IMG/VR virus record: IMGVR_UViG_3300028025_002046
Span: 1-64,000 of that record
DNA: 64,000 nucleotides
Strand: one strand, 5' to 3'
Source of the DNA: a virus
Shown: one piece after another, positions 31,215-41,909 of the stretch
How the letters are laid out: every line of letters begins with the position of its first letter
Numbering within the stretch: the first letter of the stretch is position 1
Program-made: the position numbers and the translations under genes
Notes under the pieces: generated by a model
Told to the model about the DNA's origin: nothing
Database searches by the model: none
The model's input: the letters and a program-made list of their open reading frames with translations, nothing else

Positions 31215-34200
31215 CTACTTGTTTTCTAGAGCTTCTAGTCTAGCATAAAGTTCTGAGATTTGTCCAGCCTGGTGTCTGACTACCTGCTGAAGTGCTGATA
31301 CATAAAATTCGTAGTTAATTGTTTCTGGAGTTACGCCATCTTCTCCATATGAAATGTAAGCGTGTAGTCCAGCATCTTCAAGGTCTTCTACAATAAATCC
31401 AGCATGTTTAGGATTTGTGTCTGGCTCTGGATTGTATAGATACTCTACAGGCTCAATAGAAAGAATTTGTTCTGCTGTGTAGGATAGTGGCTCAATTGCT
31501 TTCTTCATTGAGCGGCTAGACGCAACATAGCCAAGTGTATCTGGAGCGGTTGCAGATGTTACATATACTGCACGGTATGAAGATGAAAGTGTATTTCCAT
31601 AAACACCAGAAGCACCGACAGTTCCAGATGGAGTAATTCCAAGACGAGAAGAGCCCTGATATCTAAAGTATGATCCAGCTGTATTGGCTCCGATCAGAAG
31701 GTCTGTGGTATTTCCAGTGGTTCCAATAACTGTTGCTTTATTATCAACGTTATTAATTCTAAGAGTTGTTCCGTCGTAGGACATGGCAGTTAGACCGTTT
31801 ACATATAGTGTGCCTGAAGTATAAATGTTTGACGATACCCTCAGAACTTCTCCAACGCTCACACCGCCAGTTACAACCAGGGCTCCAGTTCCGATAGCAG
31901 ATGCCCCAGTTGCATTTGTGACCGATGTTACACCTGTGACACCCAAAGTTCCTGCAATTGAGGTATTTCCAGATGCAGCGGTAACTACAAACTTATTTGT
32001 ATTAACCTTTAAGTCAGAAGTTACGCCAAGAGTTCCAGCAATACTTGTATTTCCAGTTGTATCAGCTACTGAGAATGCTGTTGAGTCAACAGAGAATCCT
32101 CCGTTCAAAGATACTGCACCTGTGAATGTTTTTGCACCAGCAAAAGTTTGAGTTCCAGTTGTTACTGCACCAGACAAGGTATCACTAGCATCTGTAATTC
32201 CAATTGTTTGAGCACCTGTAGGTCCTGTTACAGTAATTGGTGCTGTTGCACTTGCAATACCTGCAGGTCCCTGTGGACCTGTATCTCCAGTTGCTCCGTC
32301 TAAGCCATTGTCTCCTGGGTCACCCTTTGGACCTGTAATGCCTTGAGGTCCTGTAATGCCTTGAGGTCCTGTGGGTCCCTCTGGTCCTGTAATACCTTGC
32401 GGTCCTGTAGGACCCTGTGCTCCAGTTGGTCCTTGAGGACCTGTAGCACCATCTGCACCGTTAGTTCCATTGGTTCCGTTTGTTCCGTTAGCCCCTGTAG
32501 GTCCTTGTGGACCAGTTGGACCCTGGCTACCTGCAGGTCCTGTCGGTCCAGTAGCTCCATCGGAACCATTAGTTCCATTCGTACCATTAGTTCCAGCAGG
32601 TCCAGTTGGACCAGTAGCACCATTTGAGCCAGAGGCTCCTGTCGGTCCTGTTGGACCTTGAGAACCATTACTTCCTGCAGGACCAGTTGGTCCAGTAGCA
32701 CCTGTAGTTCCAGTTGGACCTGTTGGTCCACTTTGAGGTGACACAAATTCATAGAGACCAGACGTTGCGTTCCAAGATAGAACATATCCATCTTGCTTTC
32801 CAGTCATTGTAACATCGTGGATTTCATAGAGCTCAAATCCGTTTTGAATGTTAACAAAGATCTCACCATTGTTGCTCTGCACACGAGTAACAACACCAAT
32901 AAACACTAAGTGTGCTGGAGCTACTGGCTTATTTGTCAAACCATAAATAAGATTTCCGCTTGTACCTAGCCATACTGGGTCTCCAGCGGCAGCGGTAGAT
33001 GTGTTCAGACCAGCAAGCAAACCTTCTGTAACAACCTTAACAATATCGTTGGTTGCTCCACCAGTTTCAAGAAGACCTAGGGTCTTTGAAGATGTTCCTT
33101 CTGTAGCATTAGATGCTTTAGAAACAATCATGTTGGTTCCGTTTGCAGATGAAACATATACCGCTTGTCCCTTTGCAATTGCTTCACCGAGCTTTACCTC
33201 ATGCTTTACTTGTGTTGCATAGTTATCAATCCAGGTGGTGTTGTAGTCTGTTCCATCTACCTTGGATAAAATCTGTCCTGCTGTACCGCCAGATGCTACA
33301 CCAGCACCAGTAGCTCCTGTTGGACCTGTAGCACCAGGTAGACCAGTTCCAGTTGTCATTAATGCTGCTGAGAAGAATGTTCCCTGACCGCTAGAGCTTC
33401 CGCCCCATCGAAGAGTCTGAGATGTAGTATTTCCTGTGTAGGCAGTGAAATCTACATAGTCTGTGGATCCGTTTAGATATACCAGCTTAGTAGAGTTTTG
33501 GAAAAGTCCTTCATTAGTATTGGTTGGACTTTGGCTGATGGATACGGTGTTGCCATTTTTACGGATTTGGATATTGGTCTGGTTATTAGAAACTGCAGCG
33601 GTAGACCACCAAACTTGAAAAGTAATATTATAGTATCCAGCAATAGTTGGCAAGAACTTTTTGTCGGTAGGGTTCCACCAGCTGTTTGGATCAAAGTCAT
33701 CCACGAAAGGAATTACCGTGTCAGTGTTTGCAGTTACAGTAAGGTCTCCTGTTAAACGACCTTGCGAAACAGCATCAGTAGCAGAAATATTTGCAGACGG
33801 TCCTGTTGGACCTGTAGCACCTGTAGGTCCAGTAGCTCCTGTAGGTCCTGCAACTGTAGATGCCGCACCTGTGGCTCCTGTAGGTCCTGTTGGACCAGTA
33901 TCCCCTATAGAGCCTTGAGCACCTGTAGGTCCAGTTACTCCATCATTTCCAGCAACTCCTTGAGGACCAGTAGGACCCTCGTTTCCTTGGTCGCCTTGAG
34001 GACCTGTTGGTCCCTGTGGTCCAGTATCGCCTTGCGGTCCTGTAGGACCTAAATCTCCTTGTGGACCTGTCGGTCCTGTGTCTCCTTGTGAACCTGTAGG
34101 ACCAGTCTCACCCTGGGGACCTGTTGGTCCTTCGTTTCCTTGTGGTCCTGTAGCTCCATCGTTACCCTGGACTCCCTGATCGCCTTGCGGTCCTGTAGGA

Positions 34201-35084
34201 CCAGTATCCCCAGTAGCACCTGTTGGTCCTATTGGACCAGTATCTCCTGTTAAACCTGTACTTCCTTGAATACCTTCTGGACCTTGTGCTCCAGTTGGTC
34301 CAGTTGCACCAGCATTTCCTTGTGGACCTGTAGGTCCAGTATCACCAGTAGGTCCAGCATCTCCTTGTGGTCCTGTCGGACCTGGCACGGTAGAGTCAGC
34401 ACCAGTTGGACCAGTAGGACCTTGAGGACCTACAATCTGACCTACATCAGTCCAAGATGAGCCATCCCAGACATATAGATTTCCATCGGCATCAACAATG
34501 TATGCGTCTCCGCTTTCGTTTCCAGATGATGGAAGATTTCCTACTGTGGCTACTGAGCCTTTAAAGTTAATTGATGTACCCTGCGGTCCTGTAGGACCCT
34601 GAGAACCTGTTGGTCCAATATCTCCCTGCGGACCTGTAGCCCCTGTAGCACCTACGTTTCCTTGAGGTCCAGTCGGACCCTGAGAACCTTGAGGACCTGT
34701 TGGTCCTGTTTCTCCAGCATTACCCTGGATACCTTGATTACCCTGAGCACCTGTAGCCCCTGTTGGACCAACACTTCCTTGTGATCCTGTAGGACCCTGA
34801 GATCCAGTAGGACCTTGAGCACCAGTAGCACCGTTAGCACCAGTAGCACCTGTTGCTCCAGTAGGACCAGTAACGGTACTTGCAGCTCCTGTTGGTCCTG
34901 TAGGACCAGTGGGTCCTGCTTCTCCAGGAAGACTAGCGTATGGAAGATCTGGATAAAGATTAACGCTGTCACCAAACTTAAACAGATTTGTATCTGTCTC
35001 ATATCCAATTTCACCTTCAGCGAGAATGTATGTAGACTCAGCCCATTCAGCTGCTAATCCTCTGCGGTGTTGAATAATTGCCAT
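31215..35084 (-). CDS. collagen-like tail fibre (Mtd-N-like head, C1q-like domain, S74-like chaperone)
   Basis: [26 protein letters not shown]; long G-P-T/G-x-x tracts; C-terminal SSR.MK..GFIVEDL..INY. Confidence 0.85.
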   Translation of the reverse strand: MAIIQHRRGLAAEWAESTYILAEGEIGYETDTNLFKFGDSVNLYPDLPYASLPGEAGPTGPTGPTGAASTVTGPTGATGATGANGATGAQGPTGSQGPTGSQGSVGPTGATGAQGNQGIQGNAGETGPTGPQGSQGPTGPQGNVGATGATGPQGDIGPTGSQGPTGPQGTSINFKGSVATVGNLPSSGNESGDAYIVDADGNLYVWDGSSWTDVGQIVGPQGPTGPTGADSTVPGPTGPQGDAGPTGDTGPTGPQGNAGATGPTGAQGPEGIQGSTGLTGDTGPIGPTGATGDTGPTGPQGDQGVQGNDGATGPQGNEGPTGPQGETGPTGSQGDTGPTGPQGDLGPTGPQGDTGPQGPTGPQGDQGNEGPTGPQGVAGNDGVTGPTGAQGSIGDTGPTGPTGATGAASTVAGPTGATGPTGATGPTGPSANISATDAVSQGRLTGDLTVTANTDTVIPFVDDFDPNSWWNPTDKKFLPTIAGYYNITFQVWWSTAAVSNNQTNIQIRKNGNTVSISQSPTNTNEGLFQNSTKLVYLNGSTDYVDFTAYTGNTTSQTLRWGGSSSGQGTFFSAALMTTGTGLPGATGPTGATGAGVASGGTAGQILSKVDGTDYNTTWIDNYATQVKHEVKLGEAIAKGQAVYVSSANGTNMIVSKASNATEGTSSKTLGLLETGGATNDIVKVVTEGLLAGLNTSTAAAGDPVWLGTSGNLIYGLTNKPVAPAHLVFIGVVTRVQSNNGEIFVNIQNGFELYEIHDVTMTGKQDGYVLSWNATSGLYEFVSPQSGPTGPTGTTGATGPTGPAGSNGSQGPTGPTGASGSNGATGPTGPAGTNGTNGTNGSDGATGPTGPAGSQGPTGPQGPTGANGTNGTNGTNGADGATGPQGPTGAQGPTGPQGITGPEGPTGPQGITGPQGITGPKGDPGDNGLDGATGDTGPQGPAGIASATAPITVTGPTGAQTIGITDASDTLSGAVTTGTQTFAGAKTFTGAVSLNGGFSVDSTAFSVADTTGNTSIAGTLGVTSDLKVNTNKFVVTAASGNTSIAGTLGVTGVTSVTNATGASAIGTGALVVTGGVSVGEVLRVSSNIYTSGTLYVNGLTAMSYDGTTLRINNVDNKATVIGTTGNTTDLLIGANTAGSYFRYQGSSRLGITPSGTVGASGVYGNTLSSSYRAVYVTSATAPDTLGYVASSRSMKKAIEPLSYTAEQILSIEPVEYLYNPEPDTNPKHAGFIVEDLEDAGLHAYISYGEDGVTPETINYEFYVSALQQVVRHQAGQISELYARLEALENK

Positions 35085-36223
35085 TAAGGTGTTCCTCCAT
35101 CGATTATCCCATCAATCCTGATGTAGATAAGGTCAAGAATGTCTTCCAGAGCGGCTTCGTCTAAAGATACATCCTTGCTAGTATCATTATACACTATCGG
35201 ACTTGTTGCTGTTAGTATTCCAGAAGATCCAGTAGGACCTGTAGCCCCTGCACTACCTGTAGGACCAGTTGCTCCTCTTGCTCCTGCTGGTCCTGTATCT
35301 CCACGTGGTCCTGTTACACCAGTAGCACCAACTTCACCACGAAGACCCTGGATACCCTGCTCACCTTGGTCTCCTTGTGGTCCTGTAGGACCTGTTGGTC
35401 CTGGGACTGTGCTTGCAGCACCAGTTACACCTCTTGGACCTGTTGGTCCTTGTGGACCTGTCGGACCAGTTGCCCCAAGCTCTCCATTTAATCCTTGTGG
35501 TCCTTGAGGTCCATCATCGCCTTGCGGTCCTTGTGGTCCTGTATCTCCTTGCGGTCCAGGAACTGTGCTATCCAAACCTCTGGGTCCTGTCGAACCAGTA
35601 GGACCAGTTGCTCCGTTAGCCCCTGTGTCGCCCTTAAATCCTTGAGCACCTTGTTCGCCTTGAATACCTCTTGGACCAGTTGGTCCAGTAGTTCCTTGTG
35701 GTCCTTGAGGACCAGTAGCACCTGCTAAACCCCTAGGACCTAAATCTCCTTGAGGACCTTTTAGTCCTTGTGGTCCTGTATCTCCCTTTGGTCCTTGAAC
35801 ACCTTGCTGACCTGCTGGACCTGTAGGTCCGATAGAACCAACATTTCCTTCGGGACCCTGGAGTCCCTGTGGACCAGCATCTCCCTTGTCACCCTTGGGT
35901 CCTGTAGGACCAGTATCTCCGTCAGAGCCTGTTTCTCCTTGAGGTCCTGCGTCACCCTTATCTCCCTTTAATCCTTTTTCTCCAGTTAAGCCTCTAGGTC
36001 CTGTGCTTCCTGTTGGTCCCTGAATACCCTGAATACCCTGCTGACCTTGCGGTCCTGTGGGTCCAGTATTGCCAGGTATTCCTTGAGGACCTTGAGGACC
36101 AGTAGATCCAATAGTAGATATATCACCAGTAAACGGAGCAATTCTAATTACACTTTGTGTAGGCTCAACGCTAACTATTTTTACAATTATGTCTGGCTGT
36201 TCGGGATCGATGTAATTTGTCAT
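35084..36223 (-). CDS. collagen triple-helix repeat protein
   Basis: continuous G-x-x repeats; ends IDGGTP. Confidence 0.85.
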   Translation of the reverse strand: MTNYIDPEQPDIIVKIVSVEPTQSVIRIAPFTGDISTIGSTGPQGPQGIPGNTGPTGPQGQQGIQGIQGPTGSTGPRGLTGEKGLKGDKGDAGPQGETGSDGDTGPTGPKGDKGDAGPQGLQGPEGNVGSIGPTGPAGQQGVQGPKGDTGPQGLKGPQGDLGPRGLAGATGPQGPQGTTGPTGPRGIQGEQGAQGFKGDTGANGATGPTGSTGPRGLDSTVPGPQGDTGPQGPQGDDGPQGPQGLNGELGATGPTGPQGPTGPRGVTGAASTVPGPTGPTGPQGDQGEQGIQGLRGEVGATGVTGPRGDTGPAGARGATGPTGSAGATGPTGSSGILTATSPIVYNDTSKDVSLDEAALEDILDLIYIRIDGIIDGGTP

Positions 36224-36234
36224 CTAACCCACCA

Positions 36235-37614
36235 CTAATCAGTGAGCCTTAGCCCAGAAAGAATCCACTTATCGGTATCGACCTTGAGAAGAGTTGCTGT
36301 TGAGTTAATTGGCACAATGAATGGAGACTGGTTTAAAGCTGAGTATCCTCCAGACCCCTCGCCAAAAACGTTAGTTGTTTGACCGTCTGCAACAAAAATA
36401 TGCCAAGAACTCTCATCGCTAGTAGCAAATTTGATTTCAGAGCCGATTGGGAAAGCAACGGATGCATTAGTTGGAACAGTAAACTCTGATGCAGTTTCAG
36501 TCAGGTTTGCATAAAGAAGTTTTCCAATGTGGGAAAGTGCTCCAGTTAGGGGGCTTCCATCACTTGCAAGCACTCTTGCGTGGGAACCCTTGCTGGTATT
36601 AACGTAGCCAATAGTTGCAATTTGGTTTTCTGGGTTACTTGAATCTCCTAGATATTCTCCACCGTTGTAAGAACTAATAATTACATCGTGATCACTTGAC
36701 TGAAGGTACAGATCACTTTGATTGTTAAGAATTCCTGTAACAAATAGACCACCCATTGCAGGACCAAGTAAGTATCCGTTTGAGTTAAAGTTCCAATAAT
36801 TGTTCCAGAATGGCTCATAAGTAAAAACATATGAGGCTCCTGCTGTAAAGACTGCTCCTGATGCTGTAACACTTGTCAATCCCTCTGATGGGGAATTACT
36901 GTTTACAGAATCAACAGTGTAATCAGTTCCGTCAACATTCACAACGTAGTCTGTGCTAATGTCTGATGCAGTGGTTGTGAGAAAGGTTGTAGAGCTTGTC
37001 AAATTGTCGTTTACATACGTATTTTCAATTCTTGTTGGTCTTGTAAAAATGCTAACGCTTCTTGCGTCATCTTCAATGTAGACATTGTTTCTTTCGCCAC
37101 CAAGAATAAGGTCAGCGTTTGAATCATCTTGTGTTCCACCAGCACGAATGTGAATGTGGTTTGGATTGGTTGGGTCAATGATTAGGTACTGGTCGTTAGC
37201 ATACAAGTCTGCATCTGGCACTATCTCTATAGTGCTATTTGATTGACCGTCACCAGATGCTGTTCCAGCACCGATAATCTGAACACCGTCAAAAGTAATG
37301 TCTCCAGTAGTGCCTGACTCAATATCGCCAATAGTTGCTACCCTATTGCTGGAGTTAGGTGTCATTTCTGCATCTCCCCAGTTGATGAAAACATTTCCAG
37401 GTCCATCATCGCCAGGGTATAGGATAATGTCTCTAGCAGAACGAAGAGCAAGGTCGTCTTGAGGAGCAGTGATACGAGTAGTACCAGTTCCACTCTTAGT
37501 AATGCTTAGAAGAAGATTGTCGCTAGTATCATTTAGCTCAAAAGGAACTGTAGAACTTACACCTCCGCCAGTACCAGATGGACCAGGCATTGGAACAATT
37601 TTAATAATTGGCAT
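36235..37614 (-). CDS. virion structural / fibre-associated protein
   Basis: VP.NASVAFPIG..ATLLKV.TD.WILSG C-terminal domain; repeated IATIG motif. Confidence 0.6.
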   Translation of the reverse strand: MPIIKIVPMPGPSGTGGGVSSTVPFELNDTSDNLLLSITKSGTGTTRITAPQDDLALRSARDIILYPGDDGPGNVFINWGDAEMTPNSSNRVATIGDIESGTTGDITFDGVQIIGAGTASGDGQSNSTIEIVPDADLYANDQYLIIDPTNPNHIHIRAGGTQDDSNADLILGGERNNVYIEDDARSVSIFTRPTRIENTYVNDNLTSSTTFLTTTASDISTDYVVNVDGTDYTVDSVNSNSPSEGLTSVTASGAVFTAGASYVFTYEPFWNNYWNFNSNGYLLGPAMGGLFVTGILNNQSDLYLQSSDHDVIISSYNGGEYLGDSSNPENQIATIGYVNTSKGSHARVLASDGSPLTGALSHIGKLLYANLTETASEFTVPTNASVAFPIGSEIKFATSDESSWHIFVADGQTTNVFGEGSGGYSALNQSPFIVPINSTATLLKVDTDKWILSGLRLTD

Positions 37615-38003
37615 TATGGACCACCTACTGGAGTAACGTCAGATAGAACTACGATAGTTCCAATAATTGGTGTCCAAATGGTATTCTCGTCGATAGTTAC
37701 TTGAAGGTCGAAAGATAGTTCGGCGGCGACAGCATTGTAGCCAGTTCCCCAAGTAGAAGTAATTTCTGGAGTAGCTACGATATCTACATAGCCAACTCCT
37801 GGTGTAACTACGAGTTCATCAAGAACTTCGCCTTTTGCATTATAGGCACTTGACAAATACGTCCAAGCAGATGTATCATACTTAGTAGTTTCATCGTTTT
37901 GCCAAAACTCAACACGGAGTCCAGCGGTATCACCACGGACAATCTTCCATTTAACTGGAACTGGTTCTGCACCAAAGGATTCGGGGATAGTAGGAATGGT
38001 CAT
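37614..38003 (-). CDS. BppU-like / Ig-like structural protein
   Basis: IVRGDT..FDLQV..TPIIGTI motifs; start at 38003 downstream of TATAAT. Confidence 0.55.
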   Translation of the reverse strand: MTIPTIPESFGAEPVPVKWKIVRGDTAGLRVEFWQNDETTKYDTSAWTYLSSAYNAKGEVLDELVVTPGVGYVDIVATPEITSTWGTGYNAVAAELSFDLQVTIDENTIWTPIIGTIVVLSDVTPVGGP

Positions 38004-38035
38004 AGTAGTATAATTATACACTAATTGTTTAAATT

Positions 38036-38090
38036 AAAAAGCCAGTATCCAAGGTGGTGGGTATGAGAGAGACGACCCTGGATACTGACA
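38036..38090 (-). ncRNA. putative small hairpin RNA
   Basis: TGTTATACT promoter at 38104-38096, long stem with pyrimidine-rich loop, T5 tail, no ORF. Confidence 0.4.
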
Positions 38091-38109
38091 AATATAGTAT
38101 AACATAACC

Positions 38110-38130
38110 TGTGGATAAGTCTGTGGATAA
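38110..38130 (-). promoter_or_regulatory. two DnaA boxes
   Basis: TGTGGATAA at 38110 and 38122. Confidence 0.7.
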
Positions 38131-38283
38131 CTTTATTTTTATTTTTTATTTGACAAAACACCAAAAGTGTGATACCCTCTAAATATTAGGATTTAGGGCT
38201 ATTATTTATATACTATATAGTATTATAATAATAAATAACTAATAAGGGCTTGCATTTTATTTAATATATGGTATTATGTATAT

Positions 38284-38733
38284 ATGAAACTATGTAAAGA
38301 TTGTGGTGTGAATGAGAGATACTCTTCACAAAAAACTGGTAAAGTATATTCCTATTGCAAAGCATGTCAGGCTGTTCGTGTAACACAGCATCAGCGTACT
38401 GAAAAAGGTAAAGCCACTTTAAAAAGAAGTTTAAAGAGATATGCTAAAACTGAAAAGGGCAAGGCTGCAATAAGAAGAAGTAACAGAAATCAGAATCGTA
38501 AGAAAAATGGGTTCACTCAAGAAATGTTTAATGATATGCTATTTAACCAGGATTTCAAGTGTGCACTTTGCTATGCTGAAATAAATATTTCTTCTCATGC
38601 TGACCATGATCATAAAACTGGTAAGGCTAGGGCAATCCTATGTCATTCATGTAATACCCTTTTAGGAAGAATAGAGAACAAGGGTTTTGATTGGGTAGAC
38701 AAAGCAAAACTGTACGTTGATAGTTTTAGATAG
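38284..38733 (+). CDS. endonuclease VII-family (HNH) nuclease, probable homing endonuclease
   Basis: Q..KCALC..HADHDHKTGKARAILCHSCN.LLG; opposite strand to neighbours. Confidence 0.88.
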   Translation: MKLCKDCGVNERYSSQKTGKVYSYCKACQAVRVTQHQRTEKGKATLKRSLKRYAKTEKGKAAIRRSNRNQNRKKNGFTQEMFNDMLFNQDFKCALCYAEINISSHADHDHKTGKARAILCHSCNTLLGRIENKGFDWVDKAKLYVDSFR

Positions 38734-38738
38734 ATAAT

Positions 38739-39029
38739 TTACTTTCCAGAACGAGTAATATACTCTACAAAAAGTTTAGTTAAGTTCTCGATTTTTAAAT
38801 CCAGCTTTTCGTGATATTCTTCACCTTTATGATTCTGAGATTTTAAATCTAAGATATCCTGTTCCATTCTGTTTACTTGATCTTTCATTGATTGACCACC
38901 ATTAGGTTTCATTTCATGCTTGATCTCTTCAAAATAGTGTTTGGTTAACCATCTGACTCCTAGAGCCACTGATGTAATAATTGTAATAAGGCTAATAGTG
39001 ATAGCTAAGATAGATTCTACTAATGTCAT
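38739..39029 (-). CDS. membrane protein, holin-like
   Basis: N-terminal TM helix, KPNGG.S.KD motif, coiled coil. Confidence 0.5.
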   Translation of the reverse strand: MTLVESILAITISLITIITSVALGVRWLTKHYFEEIKHEMKPNGGQSMKDQVNRMEQDILDLKSQNHKGEEYHEKLDLKIENLTKLFVEYITRSGK

Positions 39030-39282
39030 AACATTTATAATTATATATGATATTTTAAAATCGGCGGTAAAAAGTTCGACGAAAAAGTTCGCTTTTTAGC
39101 ACGGCGGCGATAATAGAGAACCCCACATCCAATATGCATTTCCAATGCCGCTGGATGAAATAAAAAACATAGCCCAGGAAGCCCCAGAATGCCCCTAGAA
39201 TCGATTGAGATGGTATCCGACGAACTCTACTATGGTCTAAAATGAACAACCCTTATTTTATAAGGATATGGTAGAATAAAAT

Positions 39283-39489
39283 ATGAAAGAAAACGGAGAT
39301 GTTGAGTTCCTGGATCTATTCGATCCGTCTCAACCTAGATCAGATAAAGAGCTTATCGAAGAAAGACTCGCTATCTGCAATCAATGTCCATGGCTTCAGA
39401 AGAATTTGATGAAATGTAGACAATGTGGTTGTTATATGAAGCTAAAATCTACTTTGCGTCAAGCTAAGTGTCCTCTAGGACATTGGTAA
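39283..39489 (+). CDS. small Cys-rich protein (DUF6171-like)
   Basis: ERLAIC..CP..C..CGC.M..K..L....CPLG.W; leaderless after TGGTAGAAT. Confidence 0.7.
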   Translation: MKENGDVEFLDLFDPSQPRSDKELIEERLAICNQCPWLQKNLMKCRQCGCYMKLKSTLRQAKCPLGHW

Positions 39490-39582
39490 GATACTTTTGC
39501 TTCAATCAAGACAGGCTTTGCCTGTTGTATACCGTTCGATTTTATGTTATACTATAGTTCTACATATTTAGGAGAGAAATAT

Positions 39583-39759
39583 ATGTCATTTTACGACGAA
39601 AGAGCATATCAGAACAAAGATATCCTCGAAAAGATGTTCCTACAGGGACTTTCATCCAAACAAATTGCAAAACAGTTGCATATTTCGTATAAATTAGTCA
39701 ATCTCTGGCTTGTTAAGCATAATTTAGTCACTCGTAACTCAGAAATGAGTTTTCCATAA
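39583..39759 (+). CDS. small HTH DNA-binding protein
   Basis: LS.KQIAKQLHISYKLV..WL; SD AGGAG. Confidence 0.7.
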   Translation: MSFYDERAYQNKDILEKMFLQGLSSKQIAKQLHISYKLVNLWLVKHNLVTRNSEMSFP

Positions 39760-39854
39760 TGCTTAAAAAGATTGGTTGGCTTATTTTGTTATCTTTATGC
39801 TTATTTAGCTTTCAAGCACTGTTCTTTGCTGTCATTTCTACGTTATTTCTGTAA
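39759..39854 (+). CDS. 31-aa membrane peptide
   Basis: TAATG coupling; MLKKIGWLILLSLCLFSFQALFFAVISTLFL. Confidence 0.5.
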   Translation: MLKKIGWLILLSLCLFSFQALFFAVISTLFL

Positions 39855-40109
39855 TACCTGGCAAAATAGCAAATCTGAAAAAATTTTTATTTTCCATATT
39901 GGAGAAAATCTGAATATTTTGAATAAGTGTATGATACATACCCTAGGGTAGTGCTACCAGGGTTTCGTAGTGAGCACACATCCCCCTACTACCAGCTAAA
40001 TACAGAGCTTCGATCTGTTATCAATTCGTTACACAAATAAGCGTGTTTGTGCTTGCTAAATGTCTGCCTACTACCCTATAATTAATACATAAAGAGAAAA
40101 GGAAAACAA

Positions 40110-40283
40110 ATGACTAAGGTTCTATCGGTTCTATCACTAATCGCTCACGCAGTAGCATTTCTAGTTGCTGTCTATGTAATGGTTCTAGACAAAGAAGGTA
40201 ACTATGGTTATCTACTTGTTTTGGCAACCTTCGTTACCCTGCCAGTAACCATAATTCTAGTAGCAAACAAACTAAGCAAGTAA
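40110..40283 (+). CDS. 57-aa two-TM membrane protein
   Basis: SD AAAGGAAA; hydrophobic. Confidence 0.7.
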   Translation: MTKVLSVLSLIAHAVAFLVAVYVMVLDKEGNYGYLLVLATFVTLPVTIILVANKLSK

Positions 40284-40293
40284 AGGAAAACAA

Positions 40294-40419
40294 ATGAGCA
40301 ATTTCAAACTATACCTATACACCGTTGATGGCGATGCCGTTACCTCAATGATTCACGTTGATGATGTTGAAGAATTCTTGCTTGAACATCCTGATGCCGT
40401 GCTAACTAACCGTAGATAG
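40294..40419 (+). CDS. 41-aa protein, paralog of 41494-41631
   Basis: YTVDGDAV..EFL.EHP.AV.TN. Confidence 0.75.
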   Translation: MSNFKLYLYTVDGDAVTSMIHVDDVEEFLLEHPDAVLTNRR

Positions 40420-40449
40420 TTATCCACAGGATAGCAATAGTTATCCACA
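40420..40449 (+). promoter_or_regulatory. DnaA box pair
   Basis: TTATCCACA at 40420 and 40441. Confidence 0.75.
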
Positions 40450-40531
40450 GGCGGTACCCAAAAATAACGGTTTGGTAACGAAACGTGTTATGTGTCGTTA
40501 TAATGTCTGCCTATGTGCTTATAATTGACCT

Positions 40532-40681
40532 ATGAACGAAATCAAATGTGTAGTATGTGAAGACAAAGCAACCGAACTAGCCCTTGATGTTTGGGGAGCA
40601 GACTTAGAGATTTGCGACAAGCAAGAGTGCTATGACGAAATTGCTGATGGTGATTGGATACACACAAAGCCACTGGCATAA
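40532..40681 (+). CDS. 49-aa Cys-containing acidic protein
   Basis: leaderless 6 nt after TATAAT; CVVC..CDKQEC. Confidence 0.7.
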   Translation: MNEIKCVVCEDKATELALDVWGADLEICDKQECYDEIADGDWIHTKPLA

Positions 40682-40728
40682 TGTCTGCCCTATCAACTAA
40701 ACTAATAACATCTAACAAAGGAAACTAA

Positions 40729-40851
40729 ATGGCTAACTACTCAGTATCAAGATTCAACGAACTAATGCGTATCGCTAAGAGTGATGAGTATATGAGTGAG
40801 AGTGAGTTCAATGAACTAATGGCTATCTTCAAGATTCGTGGGTATCACTAA
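40729..40851 (+). CDS. 40-aa protein, paralog of 42806-42928
   Basis: MANYSVSRFNELMRIAKSDEYMSESEFNEL..KIRGYH. Confidence 0.8.
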   Translation: MANYSVSRFNELMRIAKSDEYMSESEFNELMAIFKIRGYH

Positions 40852-40913
40852 TGGTTGAATGGATCATCTACCTATTTGGCTTATGGCTAATAGCGGTTAT
40901 TCTTACTCAGTAA
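40851..40913 (+). CDS. 20-aa hydrophobic micropeptide
   Basis: TAATG coupling; MVEWIIYLFGLWLIAVILTQ. Confidence 0.55.
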   Translation: MVEWIIYLFGLWLIAVILTQ

Positions 40914-41050
40914 ACTAATCGGCGTGTCGTCTTGACAAATGCCCCCGAAAGGGGGTACCAAAAATAACGGTTTGATAACGACACTACGATATGACTTGCA
41001 TAATGTCTGACCCTGTGCTTATAATTGAGGTATAAAGAAAGAGGTTCCAA

Positions 41051-41332
41051 ATGACTTACTACAACTACCGCCAAAACAACTCGGGTGGCTCGTTCTCTGA
41101 CCCTGCCCTAAATGTTGTCGTCAAGGCAAATAGCCCTGCTGAGGCAGATGCGATTGCCATCACTAAGGGTATCTACTTTGACCCTGAGTTTGAGATTGAT
41201 TGCGATTGCTGTGGTAACCGCTGGTATCCTGCTACTGAATACACTGCCTCAGATACCATTCCTGCTGTATCAGATTGGGATTGCCAATGGGCTATCTCTG
41301 ATGGTGTGTTTGCTCAGATAGTTGTTGAGTAG
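41051..41332 (+). CDS. hypothetical phage protein (QNNSGG / DC.CCG.RW motifs)
   Basis: motifs recurrent in phage early genes; SD GAGG. Confidence 0.8.
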   Translation: MTYYNYRQNNSGGSFSDPALNVVVKANSPAEADAIAITKGIYFDPEFEIDCDCCGNRWYPATEYTASDTIPAVSDWDCQWAISDGVFAQIVVE

Positions 41333-41493
41333 GGGAAACCCTACTTGATACACACCTAAAAATGTGGGTACCCAAAAATAACGGTTTGATAACGAAGCTT
41401 AATAAATGTGTAAAATACGGCGTGTCGCTACCTAAAATGTCATACCCCCTTGCTATGCTTACAGGGTAAGCAAAAAAGAAAAGGAAATTGAAA

Positions 41494-41631
41494 ATGAAAA
41501 ACGAACTAAAGAAGTGGCAACTATTCGAATACACCATTGACGGAGATGCTGTCGTTTCGTCAATCTACTACCTAGACATTGCGGAATTCCTAAAGGAACA
41601 CCCTGAAGCAGTGCCAACTAACCACCGCTAA
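41494..41631 (+). CDS. 45-aa protein, paralog of 40294-40419
   Basis: YTIDGDAV..EFLKEHPEAVPTN. Confidence 0.75.
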   Translation: MKNELKKWQLFEYTIDGDAVVSSIYYLDIAEFLKEHPEAVPTNHR

Positions 41632-41649
41632 AAGAAAAGGAAATTGAAA

Positions 41650-41748
41650 TTGATAACACTAACTTTTGAAACTTGGGAAGAATTTGATAACGCTCTAAGC
41701 GGTATCACTAGCCTAGTAATCGCTACTAATCCAGACCCTACTAAATAG
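41650..41748 (+). CDS. 32-aa peptide
   Basis: TTG start after AAAAGGAAA; ITLTFETWEEFDNAL. Confidence 0.5.
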   Translation: MITLTFETWEEFDNALSGITSLVIATNPDPTK

Positions 41749-41780
41749 TTATCCACAACTACTTATCCACCTGTGGATAA
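41749..41780. promoter_or_regulatory. DnaA box cluster
   Basis: TTATCCACA 41749, TTATCCACC 41763, TGTGGATAA 41772. Confidence 0.7.
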
Positions 41781-41909
41781 CTTTGGTACCCAAAAATAAC
41801 GTTTTGGTAACAAACTTAAAAAGACCTACGATTTACGGCGTGTCGTTCCCTAAAATGTCCTACCCCTATGCTATGCTGAAAGCATAAAGAAAAAGAAATG
41901 AGAAATCAA

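Noticed and set aside
31215-35084. Diversity-generating retroelement suggested by Mtd-N-like domain
   Set aside because: No reverse transcriptase or TR/VR pair; the domain is a common fibre anchor.
31825-36238. Many alternative-frame and antisense ORFs over collagen genes
   Set aside because: By-products of G-x-x codon periodicity, with no RBS or promoter.
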